A stretch of 63,925 nucleotides of DNA, the filler included, from Aduncisulcus paluster (Eukaryota): the NCBI GenBank assembly GCA_024181965.1. It is 4 parts of 4 records of this genome, joined end to end, with 100 filler letters (N's around TTAATTAATTAA, not from the genome) between each part and the next. Parts side by side here need not be neighbours in the genome. Positions count along the whole stretch, not along the records: positions 29,826 to 58,852 come from BQXS01010849.1; 3 more parts are not named here. One strand, written 5' to 3'. Shown piece after piece: positions 32,801 through 44,137 of this stretch (the stretch's first letter is position 1; each line of letters begins with the position of its first letter). Position numbers and translations under genes: made by a program. The notes under the pieces were generated by a model that was given only the letters and a program-made list of their open reading frames with translations, ran no database searches and was not told the origin of the DNA.

Positions 32801-33859
32801 GAAGAGCGAGCAATGGTATTGAAACAGCGATTGACCACATTAGAATATCAATTTAAAGCCGATATTTCTCTGAGACAGAAGGGTAAGAAGAGATCTAAAG
32901 ATGATTCTACCAAGGATACTCTTCAAGAATCATCAAGTTCATCCAAAGGAATTAATTGCATTTCTCTGGTTCCACCCTTTTCAACCTTGGTTTCCTTCGA
33001 TGTTTCAAGTGCAATGATTCTTAAATCTCATGCTAAGACTCCGTATATTCTGACATTTCATGATGAATCTGGAACTGAAATTCCATTGATTTTTAAGATT
33101 GGAGATGATGTACGCCAAGATGAATTGACCTTGCAATTCTTCCGAGTTCTTTACAATGGTCTCCTCGAGAGATGCGTCGAATCATGGATGTATTGTTACG
33201 ATGCTCAACCAATGAGACAAGAAGATGGAATTCTTAAAGTCGTCCCACATAGCTATAGTAGGGATCAGATTGGAAAGTTTATTGATGGGAAACTATTTGA
33301 TTATTTCACGATCACACATGGTTCCTCGAATTCGGCCTCTTTTGTCTCAGCTCAAAGTGCATTTATTCGAAGTATGGCGAGTTACTCTGTCGCAACTTAC
33401 CTCGTATGGGCCAAAGACAGGCATAATGGAAATATTCTCATTGATGACAGAGGGCATATTGTCCACATTGACTTTGGGTTTGTATTTGGTATTAGTCCTG
33501 GAAAAGACCTTGGAATTGAGTCGGCACCTTTCAAGCTTACTGAGGATATGATTCAAGTTATGGGAGGAAAAGATAGCCAAGGATTCCGTAAATTCTGTCG
33601 ATTAACAACTCGCTGTTTCCTTTCTGCCCGTGAAGATATGTACAAGCTCTTCGCTCTGGTTGCACCAATGGTCGAGTGTGGTTTCCCCTGTTTCGAGAGA
33701 GCTCCTGTTCTTGAACAATTGTGGACACGGTTCAGTCCTAATCTGAGTACTTGGGAGACAATAGACTTCATTGATGAGTGCATCCAAAAGTCACTCACAA
33801 GCAAAACAACAAAACTATATGATCAATTCCAATACTTACAAAATGATATTGCTTATTGA
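29828..33859 (+). CDS. PI4KA: Phosphatidylinositol 4-kinase type III alpha (Stt4-like), 5'-partial
   Basis: SHAKTPY, IFKIGDDVRQD, KDRHNGNILID, HIDFGF, ISPG..ESAPFKLT, C-terminal YDQFQYLQNDIAY; frame open back to the gap. Confidence 0.92.
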   Translation, partial: GNNVGKKNAMRADEDAFDVEFSVFLSLTSLLLSSTFSSKNSIESCHATMSLIFRVSYTLLHIFNISPLPVSVGIVAWLQDRMERKQGLWAEKINIQCECHDHRRQKSGRSKKSRTISRDSKGSCDDTSLQDGLCSVCLNRAYDNARMEIIKDGLLLTLLTSFFTRIALSSFLSFLPKGSSSTSNNGSHRSSRSSVRSSFSSRGTDKSTLMTEKKKGIFSSLSYLLFSLSLLCSNTHLRSHGLDVLNNIPNDTNLHEVELKRIAKDRKRKRRAQQSASSRYSSVNPLFSSRISGRMGHTYLQHSQEVMSVEEEAHQSCVDTLKNIQHTFDCFSLYELSLASLTISLSNIVFFVGLIPSIDVCNARRNAGGLLIRRGAHFTVPRVLPLMRTRSLIYNIVHELITLPAEELSVSGVGNSDHRNFRHHSQSHHRSRTSSLSINEKESHRHLSMSIGDSQFSTRSSKSHISGMASVALSLPPLHFSSSSHLLSSLQSLRSCGVGCGAQRDAVLHTVSASVGARDRVIMCVLGCEWEAIGAWAAVNAGWDRSQSDKVGEPPKDAPHRSSASSRRRGSFSPMNQRGHPDELCSNTLRDVFGFKKRMGTGRLKSKNRGSSSSSSVDISLPFSFIMCESEARTLNEEQWRGMLKTIMPISLALIVRLPELIRCENCEKACRSMVVKNASMFLSIPKAVLLLLPHAASRNMEGKQLKGLKDEKRCWPLSSEKKKILSLLSCWSLCDIYGAFLLLCGPMRNVAQVRVYSFKCLRAQSHILHKFTPQLVGLYLIEQMDGCVEHDELSSPFNKELSPGQSASSTSQSQGSSSLSHPSTSLSSSSSDVHPIQEPSTQVVNLQDMMFNSTFMTPEKQPFAKSALLLSPDGPLKVPTVQPLPSLSSFLSSLSLSSPLTLFTLFLRIRSEFESSVSSSCNILPQAAEHGTTAFYAQKLFNTLMRVVQTKPGVKMSGVEVSTHVKEVLHWKSVYDKLLGASKGLTSLRKEERAMVLKQRLTTLEYQFKADISLRQKGKKRSKDDSTKDTLQESSSSSKGINCISLVPPFSTLVSFDVSSAMILKSHAKTPYILTFHDESGTEIPLIFKIGDDVRQDELTLQFFRVLYNGLLERCVESWMYCYDAQPMRQEDGILKVVPHSYSRDQIGKFIDGKLFDYFTITHGSSNSASFVSAQSAFIRSMASYSVATYLVWAKDRHNGNILIDDRGHIVHIDFGFVFGISPGKDLGIESAPFKLTEDMIQVMGGKDSQGFRKFCRLTTRCFLSAREDMYKLFALVAPMVECGFPCFERAPVLEQLWTRFSPNLSTWETIDFIDECIQKSLTSKTTKLYDQFQYLQNDIAY

Positions 33860-33968
33860 AAAATATCTGAGATTCTTCTTGAAAATTGATCATTTCTATC
33901 TAACATTTAAATAAAATTCATTCATAATTATCTTTCGGTTTGATATACTCGAATGAGATTGGACAAGA

Positions 33969-36900
33969 CTATTTCCCACCATATCGAGCAACTCCAGGGT
34001 GCTCTACAAAACTTGTGAAATCTCCACCGATAGCCCCTTCAATACTTCGATCTTTGTAAGCAGGGCCCACAACACTGCCCTTTCTTGCATAACTTCCAGC
34101 CCTGCTCAAAGATGAAGATCCATGACTCATGTGTGATCTATTCATCGAAGCAATGGCTGCTCCTCTTTGCACTCCTTTCTCAGTGGCCTTTTCACTGACC
34201 CCGACACCTTTCTGCCACCCACTCCAGGCAACATACTCATCATAGTGATCGACATATTCATGGAGCTGTGATCGAGAAATAGGAGAAAGCAATTGGGATC
34301 TGACCTCATTGGCAGTCTTCAGCAAGTCATGCACAATCCTTACACTTTGAGGGGATTTGTAGGGATCTAGTAAGGATTCGAGCTGGGTGAGGAAAATAGT
34401 GAGAGTTTGGTATGTTCCATTCGTTATTCGAAGCACAGCTGGTGATAGGAGACGGTCACAGATAGCCAAAACACGGAGACGAAGAGGCTCAGTTGTTGCC
34501 TTCTTCCACAAACGTTTGAGAGCATGGATACTTTCCTTTGTGACAGACTCTGAGAGACGGCAGGACTGGTAGAGAAGCTCCATTTGTGTTAGAGACTGTG
34601 ATTTCCCATGGACAAGAGAGTGGAGAATGGAATGAAGGTGTCTGGAGTGTTCAATCCAAGGATTAGAGCTCTGTGAAATGATATCCTGAAGAATCTGCAC
34701 CCTTTTCTTTGTGAGCATTTGCCCTCGAACACTACGAACGTATGTCTTCTCAGTGTACGGCGAAAGGCCCGTCAAGGAAGCAAACATCTCAACCAAGGAC
34801 TCGGCCTCGTGTGTAGTGAATGGGTATAATCGATACGAGGACTGTCCTGTGTGCAACAAGATAAATACTGGCTCTGATCCATTTCCAAACATTCCCAATA
34901 ATGCACCACGAGTTGTAAGCGAGGGTGTGAATGAATCAATCGTTGTTCCTTCTCTCTCTTGGATTAGTATTCCATTATTTTCAATGTCATGATCATCGGG
35001 ATTCTCTTCTTTTTGTTCTTTCTTCTTCCTTCTCTTCTCTTTGTTTGCTTGGATAAGTTCAACAGCCGTCTCGCCAATGTGACTCTTCTCTTTCTTAATA
35101 ATGGTTCCATATGTCCAGGCAACAACACGGTTAAAGGGAATGGTCATACGAGCTTCCATGTCTTCAATCATGCTTTCTCGAGTCCTCACTTTAGCTTTTT
35201 CAAAGGTTTTTTTAACTTCAATAAGGTTATCTTCGGCTCGAATGCCAGAAACCTTGGGTGTTTTCGGTGTTTTCGGTGTTTTCGGTGTTTTCGGTGTAAA
35301 AAGACTATCGTTCTTCACAATGGATGCAAGAGAGTCTTTGCGAGACAATGACTGATTAACTTGACTCTTGGGCACAATAGGCACCCAAACGACCTCACTT
35401 CTGAAGACCCTCATAACCCCACTCACTCCACTCACATACATTTCCTGATAGGCCTGTGTAAGAGAGGACTGGGATTCGTGGACAACACGGTCACTCACAC
35501 TGTCCATCTCAACCCACACATTGTCACAGAGAGCAAGCAAAGTGCCGGCACTAACCGGTACCGAACCGCCCAAAGACAAACCAGATGCTGATCCTAATCC
35601 ATTCCACACACCAACTCTCTTCAACTTGATATCCTTTTCGACACTAACAATGGAGTTACTAGCAGTGGGAATATACACTCGTCCAAATGAAGCCGTGGAC
35701 GGGAGAGGAGTTCCAAGAGAATGTGGCAACAAGGGAGATAAAGGATCGTCGGGGAGGAAATATACTCCAAACATGAACAGGAATGGATGTTGGTTGAAGA
35801 ATTTGGGAGAGTACAACTGAGCGGACGAGGCCGGGATGGGAGGGAGATACGCGGCATCAATCAGACTATCGTCGATCTCTCCAAGAGCACAATTGATATC
35901 GCTCGAGAGAGAAAGATTCTGAGAGGAGCCGAATGGAGAGCCTTCAAGAGGAGTAATGGCAGACGATTTTGGGTTAATATCTTGGCTACTTGTCGTGCGT
36001 TGAAGAATTTGGAAGGTAGACGCCTGTTTACCGATGAGAACAGCAGCCACAGAGACTCCACAGTCAGAACATACTTTCCTCCACCGTGACTTCCACTCTT
36101 TCTTGTTTCTCTCCCGGCTCACGATTGAACGTCTCTCTGTTGCTGTCACAGCCAAATACTCATCGGGATCATCGCTGTCTTCACGAGGTGAATGGGGCAA
36201 GGTAACGATCGAGTTCTTTTCAGACCGATGCACATGACCAACAGGGAGATAAGGGAAGAACAACAGGGATGGATTCATCGTAGACCCAAGAATACTATCG
36301 TTGCATAAGCCAGATGATTGAGCAAGATGGGACGGGAACTGATTATGAGCACTATCATTCTTGTCATTTCCTTCAGTGTCATTCCCACTGCACTCATCAC
36401 AGTCGTTTGCGGGGTAGAATGAAGATGAGTAGCCAAACGCTGATTCCTTACTCATGGAAAACACTGAGTCTGGCCAGTGGAGGGGAAGAACGGGAAGTGG
36501 GGCAGTGTCATGGGGATCATCCGAGGGTTTTGGCTTTGTTTCATTATATTCAATAGTCTGGACATCCGTTGCTGATTTGTGTTTCGACCGATGATGTTTC
36601 TTGCGACCCTCTAACCACTTCTCTTCTTCATATTGAACCTGTTTCTCCCAAGATTCTTCCAGAAAATATGCATGATCAACTCCAACTCTTCTTTCTTTCA
36701 CCATTCGTTCCCAATTTTGTTTCAACAGTTCCTCGTTTTGTCCCCATGCACCGATATGCCCATTTCCGGATGCTTTTTCCCCTTTCCATCCAACACATTC
36801 ATCATCTCCGAATGCAGGAGCATATGAATCATAGGAGGGAAACAACTCTGGGGCTGACGAATGGGTTAATACTTGCAAAGTAAGAGAAGAAAACAGTCCC

Positions 36901-39080
36901 AAGAGTGGTTCTTGCTCCTCCCGGGAAGCTGCTTCGTCATCATTGTCCCATCCATCAGTGCCATTCTCATTGGACACGTGTTGTTTCTTCTTCTTGCTCT
37001 TCCTTTTATGGCCCCCCCCATCAGTCCCTCTATGATTCTCTTCGAACGTTTGAACACCAAGGATCGTATCTACTTTCTTCCTTAGGTCTCGTTGGCGAGC
37101 ACTCTGCCACCTAGCCCTCTTGTCAATTGGGATATGTTCATTGGATTCATTGATAATGTCATCAAGCATGTCCTGACGAACTCTATCCCATCCCCACGTA
37201 TCAACAGCACACCGAACACACTCTCGGATGCTATCCAACGTCCATGAAACGATTGAGCCTGATATTCCAATGCCAGAAGTCAACGATATACACATAGAAA
37301 TACAACGAATCCACCATCTTACACGGCGTTCTCTGTCTGCAACTGTCTTGATAGGATCGAGAAGAGATAGGAGCTTCGAAAACATGGCTACGAGGGTTTC
37401 TGAACGTCTGGAATCATCCAAAAAGGCTTGGAGAAGGAGAGAGAAAGCGGACTGGGGAGGTATTTGGAANNNNNNNNNNNNNNNNNNNNTCCACCATCTT
37501 ACACGGCGTTCTCTGTCTGCAACTGTCTTGATAGGATCGAGAAGAGATAGGAGCTTCGAAAACATGGCTACGAGGGTTTCTGAACGTCTGGAATCATCCA
37601 AAAAGGCTTGGAGAAGGAGAGAGAAAGCGGACTGGGGAGGTATTTGGAAAGGAAGGAGGTAAAGACTTGAATTAACTCGCTTAATAAGAGAGTTTAATGA
37701 TTGAGAAGTGAACGACGGACACTTATCACACTCTTGCTTGATGGCTTGCTTACTCAAAGCCTGTTTGTGACTCGATATTCTCTTTTTATGTTGTTTTTGG
37801 GGTGAATTTGGGGCATTCTTAACTGGCGATGACACCTCAACTGACATCTTAAAGGACTCAAGCGAAGAAGAATTGAAGGATTGTCCAACATCATATGAGG
37901 AAGGATGTAATCCAAATCCTTGGGCTTCCCCAAGATCTGGTAGCTCTGATTCATGTGCATTATTGCCTTGTTCACTCATTCGTCGGAGCAACTCATCGCA
38001 ACAGTCGTCCACCAAGATGACCTTAGGCTCACACTTCCCTACAAGAATATCCTTTGCAAGAAGAGAATTAGCCATTGAAAACCCTGCAGATTTAATGTCT
38101 TGGGTTGAAAGGGGAGGAGGCAGAACGGACATGGAAGCAACCAAATTGGGAGATTGAAACACCTTCGGATAACCTCCGAGAGAGGATTCTGGAGGTGCAA
38201 CAAGATGGGATGAACGACGAGCAGCAAACGTGGGTGTGGTGAGTTCAGACTTAATTCCGGCATTCTTTTCGGAGCTCGAGGAGTCCATTTTGAGGCCATA
38301 AAAAGCAGCAGTTGACGCTCTTCGTTCAATATCAGCATGTACATCATTAACTGCGTTCATACTCTGTTTTTGATGCTGTTGAAGTAATAAAATTGTTAAT
38401 AATCCCCTGAATCTCCTCCTGGCAAGCCAGGAAGAGGTTGAGACGAGCATCTGGTCAATAAGATCAGGAATCGGGATGGAAGACATGATTCTAGATGCTA
38501 AATCACGAGTAAATTCATTTAACTTTTCACATTGGACAATAGAAGAAACAATGGGGTGAATTCGACTTCTTGCCAATTTATATGCGTCTGAAAGAACTTC
38601 AGGATGAAATAATGGCAATCTTTCGAGATATGAAAGGATGTTACAAATATAATTTTCATCATAATCGGCACTTTCGTTCTTTAATTCCACTGAGAAATCG
38701 GTGAGAGTAATAATTATGACTTCAAAGAGCGTTGGGAAAGGAACATCAACATGATATATTTCTTCCGGAATTGTTTCTTGAGAGGAATCAAAATATTTTA
38801 ATGTACTGAGAAAATGCGCAGTTTTAGACGTCAAAACGTCATCATCATCTACTAACAGGTCAGATGAAAGAATAGAAAGTTCATAATCACATTCTTTTAA
38901 ATATTTGAATGAATTATCAACAACTTCTTTCATTTTATCCGAACTCCAACCTTTGTTATGCAGTCTAGCAAAAAATTCACATAATAATGCCATTGGATCA
39001 TCATCAAACAACGAGAATACCGTTTCTAATATTTTATCCTCCTCATGACCACTAACTTTGGTCTGACGAGAAGTTCTCAT
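33969..39080 (-). CDS. Large hypothetical protein (~1640 aa after removing a 180-nt overlap artefact)
   Basis: ATG-to-TAG ORF; 37310-37469 duplicated at 37490-37649 across a gap; helical and low-complexity segments. Confidence 0.82.
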   Translation of the reverse strand: MRTSRQTKVSGHEEDKILETVFSLFDDDPMALLCEFFARLHNKGWSSDKMKEVVDNSFKYLKECDYELSILSSDLLVDDDDVLTSKTAHFLSTLKYFDSSQETIPEEIYHVDVPFPTLFEVIIITLTDFSVELKNESADYDENYICNILSYLERLPLFHPEVLSDAYKLARSRIHPIVSSIVQCEKLNEFTRDLASRIMSSIPIPDLIDQMLVSTSSWLARRRFRGLLTILLLQQHQKQSMNAVNDVHADIERRASTAAFYGLKMDSSSSEKNAGIKSELTTPTFAARRSSHLVAPPESSLGGYPKVFQSPNLVASMSVLPPPLSTQDIKSAGFSMANSLLAKDILVGKCEPKVILVDDCCDELLRRMSEQGNNAHESELPDLGEAQGFGLHPSSYDVGQSFNSSSLESFKMSVEVSSPVKNAPNSPQKQHKKRISSHKQALSKQAIKQECDKCPSFTSQSLNSLIKRVNSSLYLLPFQIPPQSAFSLLLQAFLDDSRRSETLVAMFSKLLSLLDPIKTVADRERRVRWWXXXXXXXFQIPPQSAFSLLLQAFLDDSRRSETLVAMFSKLLSLLDPIKTVADRERRVRWWIRCISMCISLTSGIGISGSIVSWTLDSIRECVRCAVDTWGWDRVRQDMLDDIINESNEHIPIDKRARWQSARQRDLRKKVDTILGVQTFEENHRGTDGGGHKRKSKKKKQHVSNENGTDGWDNDDEAASREEQEPLLGLFSSLTLQVLTHSSAPELFPSYDSYAPAFGDDECVGWKGEKASGNGHIGAWGQNEELLKQNWERMVKERRVGVDHAYFLEESWEKQVQYEEEKWLEGRKKHHRSKHKSATDVQTIEYNETKPKPSDDPHDTAPLPVLPLHWPDSVFSMSKESAFGYSSSFYPANDCDECSGNDTEGNDKNDSAHNQFPSHLAQSSGLCNDSILGSTMNPSLLFFPYLPVGHVHRSEKNSIVTLPHSPREDSDDPDEYLAVTATERRSIVSRERNKKEWKSRWRKVCSDCGVSVAAVLIGKQASTFQILQRTTSSQDINPKSSAITPLEGSPFGSSQNLSLSSDINCALGEIDDSLIDAAYLPPIPASSAQLYSPKFFNQHPFLFMFGVYFLPDDPLSPLLPHSLGTPLPSTASFGRVYIPTASNSIVSVEKDIKLKRVGVWNGLGSASGLSLGGSVPVSAGTLLALCDNVWVEMDSVSDRVVHESQSSLTQAYQEMYVSGVSGVMRVFRSEVVWVPIVPKSQVNQSLSRKDSLASIVKNDSLFTPKTPKTPKTPKTPKVSGIRAEDNLIEVKKTFEKAKVRTRESMIEDMEARMTIPFNRVVAWTYGTIIKKEKSHIGETAVELIQANKEKRRKKKEQKEENPDDHDIENNGILIQEREGTTIDSFTPSLTTRGALLGMFGNGSEPVFILLHTGQSSYRLYPFTTHEAESLVEMFASLTGLSPYTEKTYVRSVRGQMLTKKRVQILQDIISQSSNPWIEHSRHLHSILHSLVHGKSQSLTQMELLYQSCRLSESVTKESIHALKRLWKKATTEPLRLRVLAICDRLLSPAVLRITNGTYQTLTIFLTQLESLLDPYKSPQSVRIVHDLLKTANEVRSQLLSPISRSQLHEYVDHYDEYVAWSGWQKGVGVSEKATEKGVQRGAAIASMNRSHMSHGSSSLSRAGSYARKGSVVGPAYKDRSIEGAIGGDFTSFVEHPGVARYGGK
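35256..35297. repeat. 9-nt coding repeat, (TPK)4
   Basis: ggtgttttc tandem copies encoding TPKTPKTPKTPK on the minus strand. Confidence 0.85.
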
Positions 39081-39391
39081 TTGTTGTTTATATACAAATA
39101 GCCGAAAATGTCCCCCTGCGCGAGAAAGTGGGTTAAATTCAATTATTATATTATAATTGAAATATATTGAAACTTATTCATTCGTAATCTATTAATATGC
39201 TTGAATAATACTCCGTAATTACCTATTAACAAAAAAAAAAAATTGGAGCCGGACTGGCATTTTATTTTCGAATATTTCGAATATGAATAAATATTACATA
39301 TCATGAAAATAAGATAATGTATTGATTAGTGACTATGCTTCAATTTTCTGGATCATTGAAATTAATTTTGCTTATAGGAGAATTTGGTAAC

Positions 39392-42300
39392 ATGGACGGT
39401 ATGTTTTTATTGTTTTATTTCAGTATTCACTTTGTTATTATTACTTTTACTGATTTTTTTTGATGATCGTGTCTCCTCAGCTTTCAGTGATGGTAAAGTC
39501 ATGTCTATAAGTTTAACCAACTTTATGGGATCCAAAAGCATGAAGTATCACTTCGGTCCTTCGAGTAATATTATCACTGGACCCAATGGAAGTGGAAAAA
39601 GTACCCTTTTATATGCAATCATGGTTCTTTTTGGTGCTGATAAAGAAATCTGGGCACAAAAGTTTAAATCGATAGCTGGATTCGTTAATACTCAAGCCAA
39701 CAGTGCTATTATCGAGGCTGAAGTTTATCATAGACACACTCGTGGCAGATATAAAAAAGAATCATTTAGAATTCGCGTTATCATTCAGCGAATCCCTTCT
39801 TTGAAGGTTGAATACTCGATAAATGGAAAGAAAGTGTCTAAAAAATCTGCTACAGCCCTGTGTAGACGCCTTAATATCCGTACTGATAATATGTGTTGTG
39901 TTATGCCCCAAGAAAAGGCCAATCGTATTGCTGCTGAGCGTCCAAGTACATTATTGCAGATATTCATGGAAGGTATTGCGGATAAAACTCCCCAACATAG
40001 CTTTTTCCGAATGAAGAAAATGTATAGTATCTATTTGAAATCTAGAGACTTCCGTACGACCCATTCGACTGATTTGGAGACCAAAAAGAAGGAACTCCAA
40101 GTAGCTAAGCGTCACTATGACCTTAAAAAAGAAATCGAGCAACTTATCGCCTTCCACGCCTTGCTTGTAAAGGCCACTCCCTGGCAACGAGTTCTCCTCA
40201 AGGCTGTTCAATGGCGTAAAGTGCACAAGAAACGTGAAGATCTTCGTGAATCGCTCTCTCATCTTGCTGGGTTGATCGGAGACATTGAGTCTGAGCAGAA
40301 GGCTACCTCAGTCCAGCGAAACAAACTCAGAATGAAGCTTAAGGATGCTGAGGATCTGTGCCAGCAGTATCTCACTGAATATCACGATATTTGTGGAGTT
40401 GTCAAGGATAGAAATGATCATTTGGTCCATATTACTGCTCGATTACAACGCACTCGAAGGAAACTCGATGAAATGGCCGTTCAGAGTGATCAATTTTCCT
40501 TAACTCTTGAGAAACTTCAGAAAGAACAAACTGAGGAGGAATATAATGCACCTCGGTTGAAAGATGCTCTGGAGGTAGTATCAGATCAATTGAAGACTGC
40601 AAGGACTGCTGTTGCCGAAGCAAGGGATGATAAGTTTCGAGTTATACAGGAATCAAAGCATATTCAAAAGAGATTCACCCAATTGATGAATAGTCTTACA
40701 AAACGAACAAAAGGTATTGCCAAGATCCGCGTACGTATTCCTAATTTTGCCCGTATCTGTGAAACTCTGATCCCTGCCCTGAATGAGAGTGGAATCAAGG
40801 GCACTGGAAAGATATTTGGGCGGAGAGACGAGTGGAATAGGCTCCCATATGGTCCCCTGTTGTACCATTTTGGTCTCGAAGAGGATGATAAGCTACCAGG
40901 ATATCTACACAATCATCCACGGAGGGCCAGTACAATCTTGTGTCAATTTATCAATCAATTAAAGATGTTTGAGTTTGTTTGTCTCACTTCCGAGGATAAC
41001 ATCAGGTTCTCCCGAGTATTAAAACGATCAGATCTTAGAATTAACTCTTTCAGTATTGGTCACAGATCCATTCGCTATCGTAAGAGTTCCTTGAGTCAGC
41101 GTGCCATTCGTGGTGGTGTATTGTGTTGTATTGGAGACCTCTTACAAGGGGAACCCTTCTGTCTTGATGTTATGTGCAGCGCTTTCCTCGAGTATATGGC
41201 TGTTCCCGTTATGAAAGAGGAAGTCACTGATAATAGCTCCACCGTTGAATTCATTAAATCACTCACAATTGGGGATATTTACTCAGAAGGGCATTTAATG
41301 GTGATTGGAGAGGATGAGACGGTTGATGGCATTCGTATTGGTCGTGGGAAACGTGAGGAATGTTTGAATATGTTCTCAAGGCCAGTGAAAGGGTGTATAT
41401 TGAAGGAATGCATGTTCAATCTGAAGAAATACGGTGTCTCTCGGACGACTGTAGATGTTCTGAATGAAACCCACATGCGAAGATTGTCAGGTTATATCGC
41501 CAATGAACAGAAATCTCTATCCCAATTCCTGTGTAATCGTGATTTATACCCACTTGATATTGGGGAGGACACTAGTTATTCTGGCACTAGAGTGAAACCC
41601 ACATGCGAAGATTGTCAGGTTATATCGCCAATGAACAGAAATCTCTATCCCAATTCCTGTGTAATCGTGATTTATACCCACTTGATATTGGGGAGGACAC
41701 TAGTTATTCTGGCACTAGAGATGAGAGAGAACCGAGAGAGGATGAAGACGAAGAGGAAGATATGTTGTTTGGATTCGATGGGGATGAAATGGAGCCAAGA
41801 ACTTCAAGGACTCAACAGCGGACTGCTTCCTCAAGCTCTGACAGTGTTCCCTGGAAATACCTCGATCTCTTCAACAAACTGATTAAACCCTTCGAAAATG
41901 CTCAGAGCAAGGAGAAAGAGAAGAGAGATGTAGAAGTGCAGTGCCAGGAAGAGGTGGAGAGAATCAAAAGACAGTGGGATTCTGCAAAAGAGCAGTTAGC
42001 CAAGCATCGACACACGCTTGATCAGTTATCGTACGACATTACCCGTCTTGAGTTCAAGATAACGGAGTTTCAGAGGGATCGCATAGAGTGTCAAGAGAGA
42101 ATATCTGATTATGATGAGCAGAGAAAGAGATCTATTGTGAATCTCAAACAATCTTTATCGCAAGTAATGGCGTATGACCTGAAGAACATCTCTAATGCGA
42201 CAATCAAGGCTGTGTCTCTCGAGCGTGACGTTCAGATTCTTTCTGCAAAGCTCCAAGAGTTGAAAGAAAGCTTGGATCAACACAAGAAAGAGTATGTAGA

Positions 42301-44137
42301 GGCAGAGAGAAGGAGTGGGAACATTGTAGAGCAAGAGCAGGAAGCCCGGAATGAATTGATGAAGCGTATTTCCATTGCAAGTGCCGAATGTTCGATGATT
42401 GACGCACTTGTGTCTCTTGAAGTCATTGCCTTCAGTGATTTGAGACATGCCTTTACTACGGATGCACAAGAGAGACAGAGCAGATCACCAACCTTAGCTC
42501 TAACAACATCACAGCGTACCACTGACGCTCGTTCTTCTCAACTGACTTCGAGTGACATGTGGACACGTACAGGGAAATCTGTTGAATGAGAGAGAACCGA
42601 GAGAGGATGAAGACGAAGAGGAAGATATGTTGTTTNNNNNNNNNNNNNNNNNNNNTCACAGCGTACCACTGACGCTCGTTCTTCTCAACTGACTTCGAGT
42701 GACATGTGGACACGTACAGGGAAATCTGTTGACAGTTTGAAAGAAGAATTAATTGCAATTGAGAAACTGTTATTTGCTCATGGAAGATTGAAGAGAAAAG
42801 TATTGATTTCTGAAAGCAAAGAAGGGGAAGAGATGAGAGAGGGGAAAGGTGAGACAAAAGAAGAATCCAAGAAGAAAGAGGAAGAGGAAGAGAGAGAAGA
42901 AGAGGAAGAATTTGAGGATGTGATGGATGAGGAAGAGATTGAAAAGAAACACAGGATTCACTATGTGTTTACGACTAAACACGTTCCACTGGAGACATGC
43001 CAAGTTGCTTCATTACTCTCTCTTCCTGAACCGACATTTTCTCATCTGAAATTGACCACTCTTGAGGATCTCACCGATGATGTTCTGAAACAAAGAGAAG
43101 GAAAATCTCGCGGATATGATCCCTATCTGGCTAACGGATATAAAGAACTAAAGCGCAGTGTGGACAAGCTTGAGGCTCAGGTTAAGGCAGCCGAGAGTGA
43201 GGAACTCGATAAGCTCGGAAAGATTGTCAAAGTGAGGAACAAATGGATTTCTGACATGAATAATGTGATTGAGATTGTGAATAGTATCTTTAACTCACTA
43301 TTGCAGAAGTTTAGAGGCACTGGATTGATTGCTCTCGAAGCCCCTTATGGTGATAAGCGTGATCTCATTGATTTCAAGCCAGGAGATGACCTTCAGGAGA
43401 TTCAGACAAGGCATTCGTTGCGTGAGATGTTTGACTTTGGTCGATATGGGCTGTCCATGCGTTCGTCTTTCAGAAAGGGCCATGATGTCACAAGAGGGAC
43501 ACGAAGTGGAGGAGAGAACAGTGCTCTCTCCCTCTCATTTGTCACATCCTTGAAAGGTGTGACTGGATTCCCCTTTAGAGTGGTTGATGAGATTAACCAA
43601 GGAATGGACAGCAAGAACGAAAGGTGTGCACATCGTGTCCTAGTAGATATGGAGGGAATTGTTGATAAATCAGTATTGAAAAGAGGTGAAACACTCATCA
43701 AGAGAGCCAAAAAGAAGGCAGAACTCCGTGAACGGAAGAAACTGGAACTGCGAAGGAAGAACAAAAGGAAGAAGAGGAAAGATGAAGAGGAGGAGGATCA
43801 AGAAGATGATCTCTTCGCTGGACTCGACGAGGAGGAAGAAGAGGAGGAGGATGACGAAGAAGAGGAAGAGGAAGAAGAAGAGGAAGGAGAGGAAGCAGAA
43901 AGCCCTTTTGAGGGCACTCAACATTTGATTGCGACACCGAAGCTTCCTAATGGTCTCTATTTCCCTTCTTCGCTCCGTGCTCACGTGATCTGTACTAAGC
44001 CTGTATTTACTCACTCGAACCACATTTCTGGTTCCCGTTACCTTCAGGGTGGCTACAAAGTCGTCAAGTCAGGGTTCTCTCTCAAGAAATATATGTCTGA
44101 TGAAACATACGATGCTATCAAGGCACAGTTCAAATAG
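39392..44137 (+). CDS. SMC5: Structural maintenance of chromosomes protein 5 (~1460 aa reconstructed)
   Basis: Walker A GPNGSGKS, LNIRTDNMCCVMPQEK, signature SGGE, PFRVVDEINQGMD..NER, IATPKL. Removing intron 39399-39480, a 128-nt duplication (41593-41720) and a 147-nt gap artefact gives one frame. An in-frame upstream ATG at 39335 is possible. Confidence 0.92.
39399..39480 (+). other. Spliceosomal intron, 82 nt, phase 1
   Basis: ATGGACG|GTATGT...TTTACTGAT...CTCCTCAG|CTTTC gives MDAFSDGKVMSISLTNFM. Confidence 0.85.

Noticed and set aside
39384..39480. Hydrophobic N-terminus on SMC5 (likewise XPO7 49286-49379) as a signal peptide
   Set aside because: Translation of T-rich introns.
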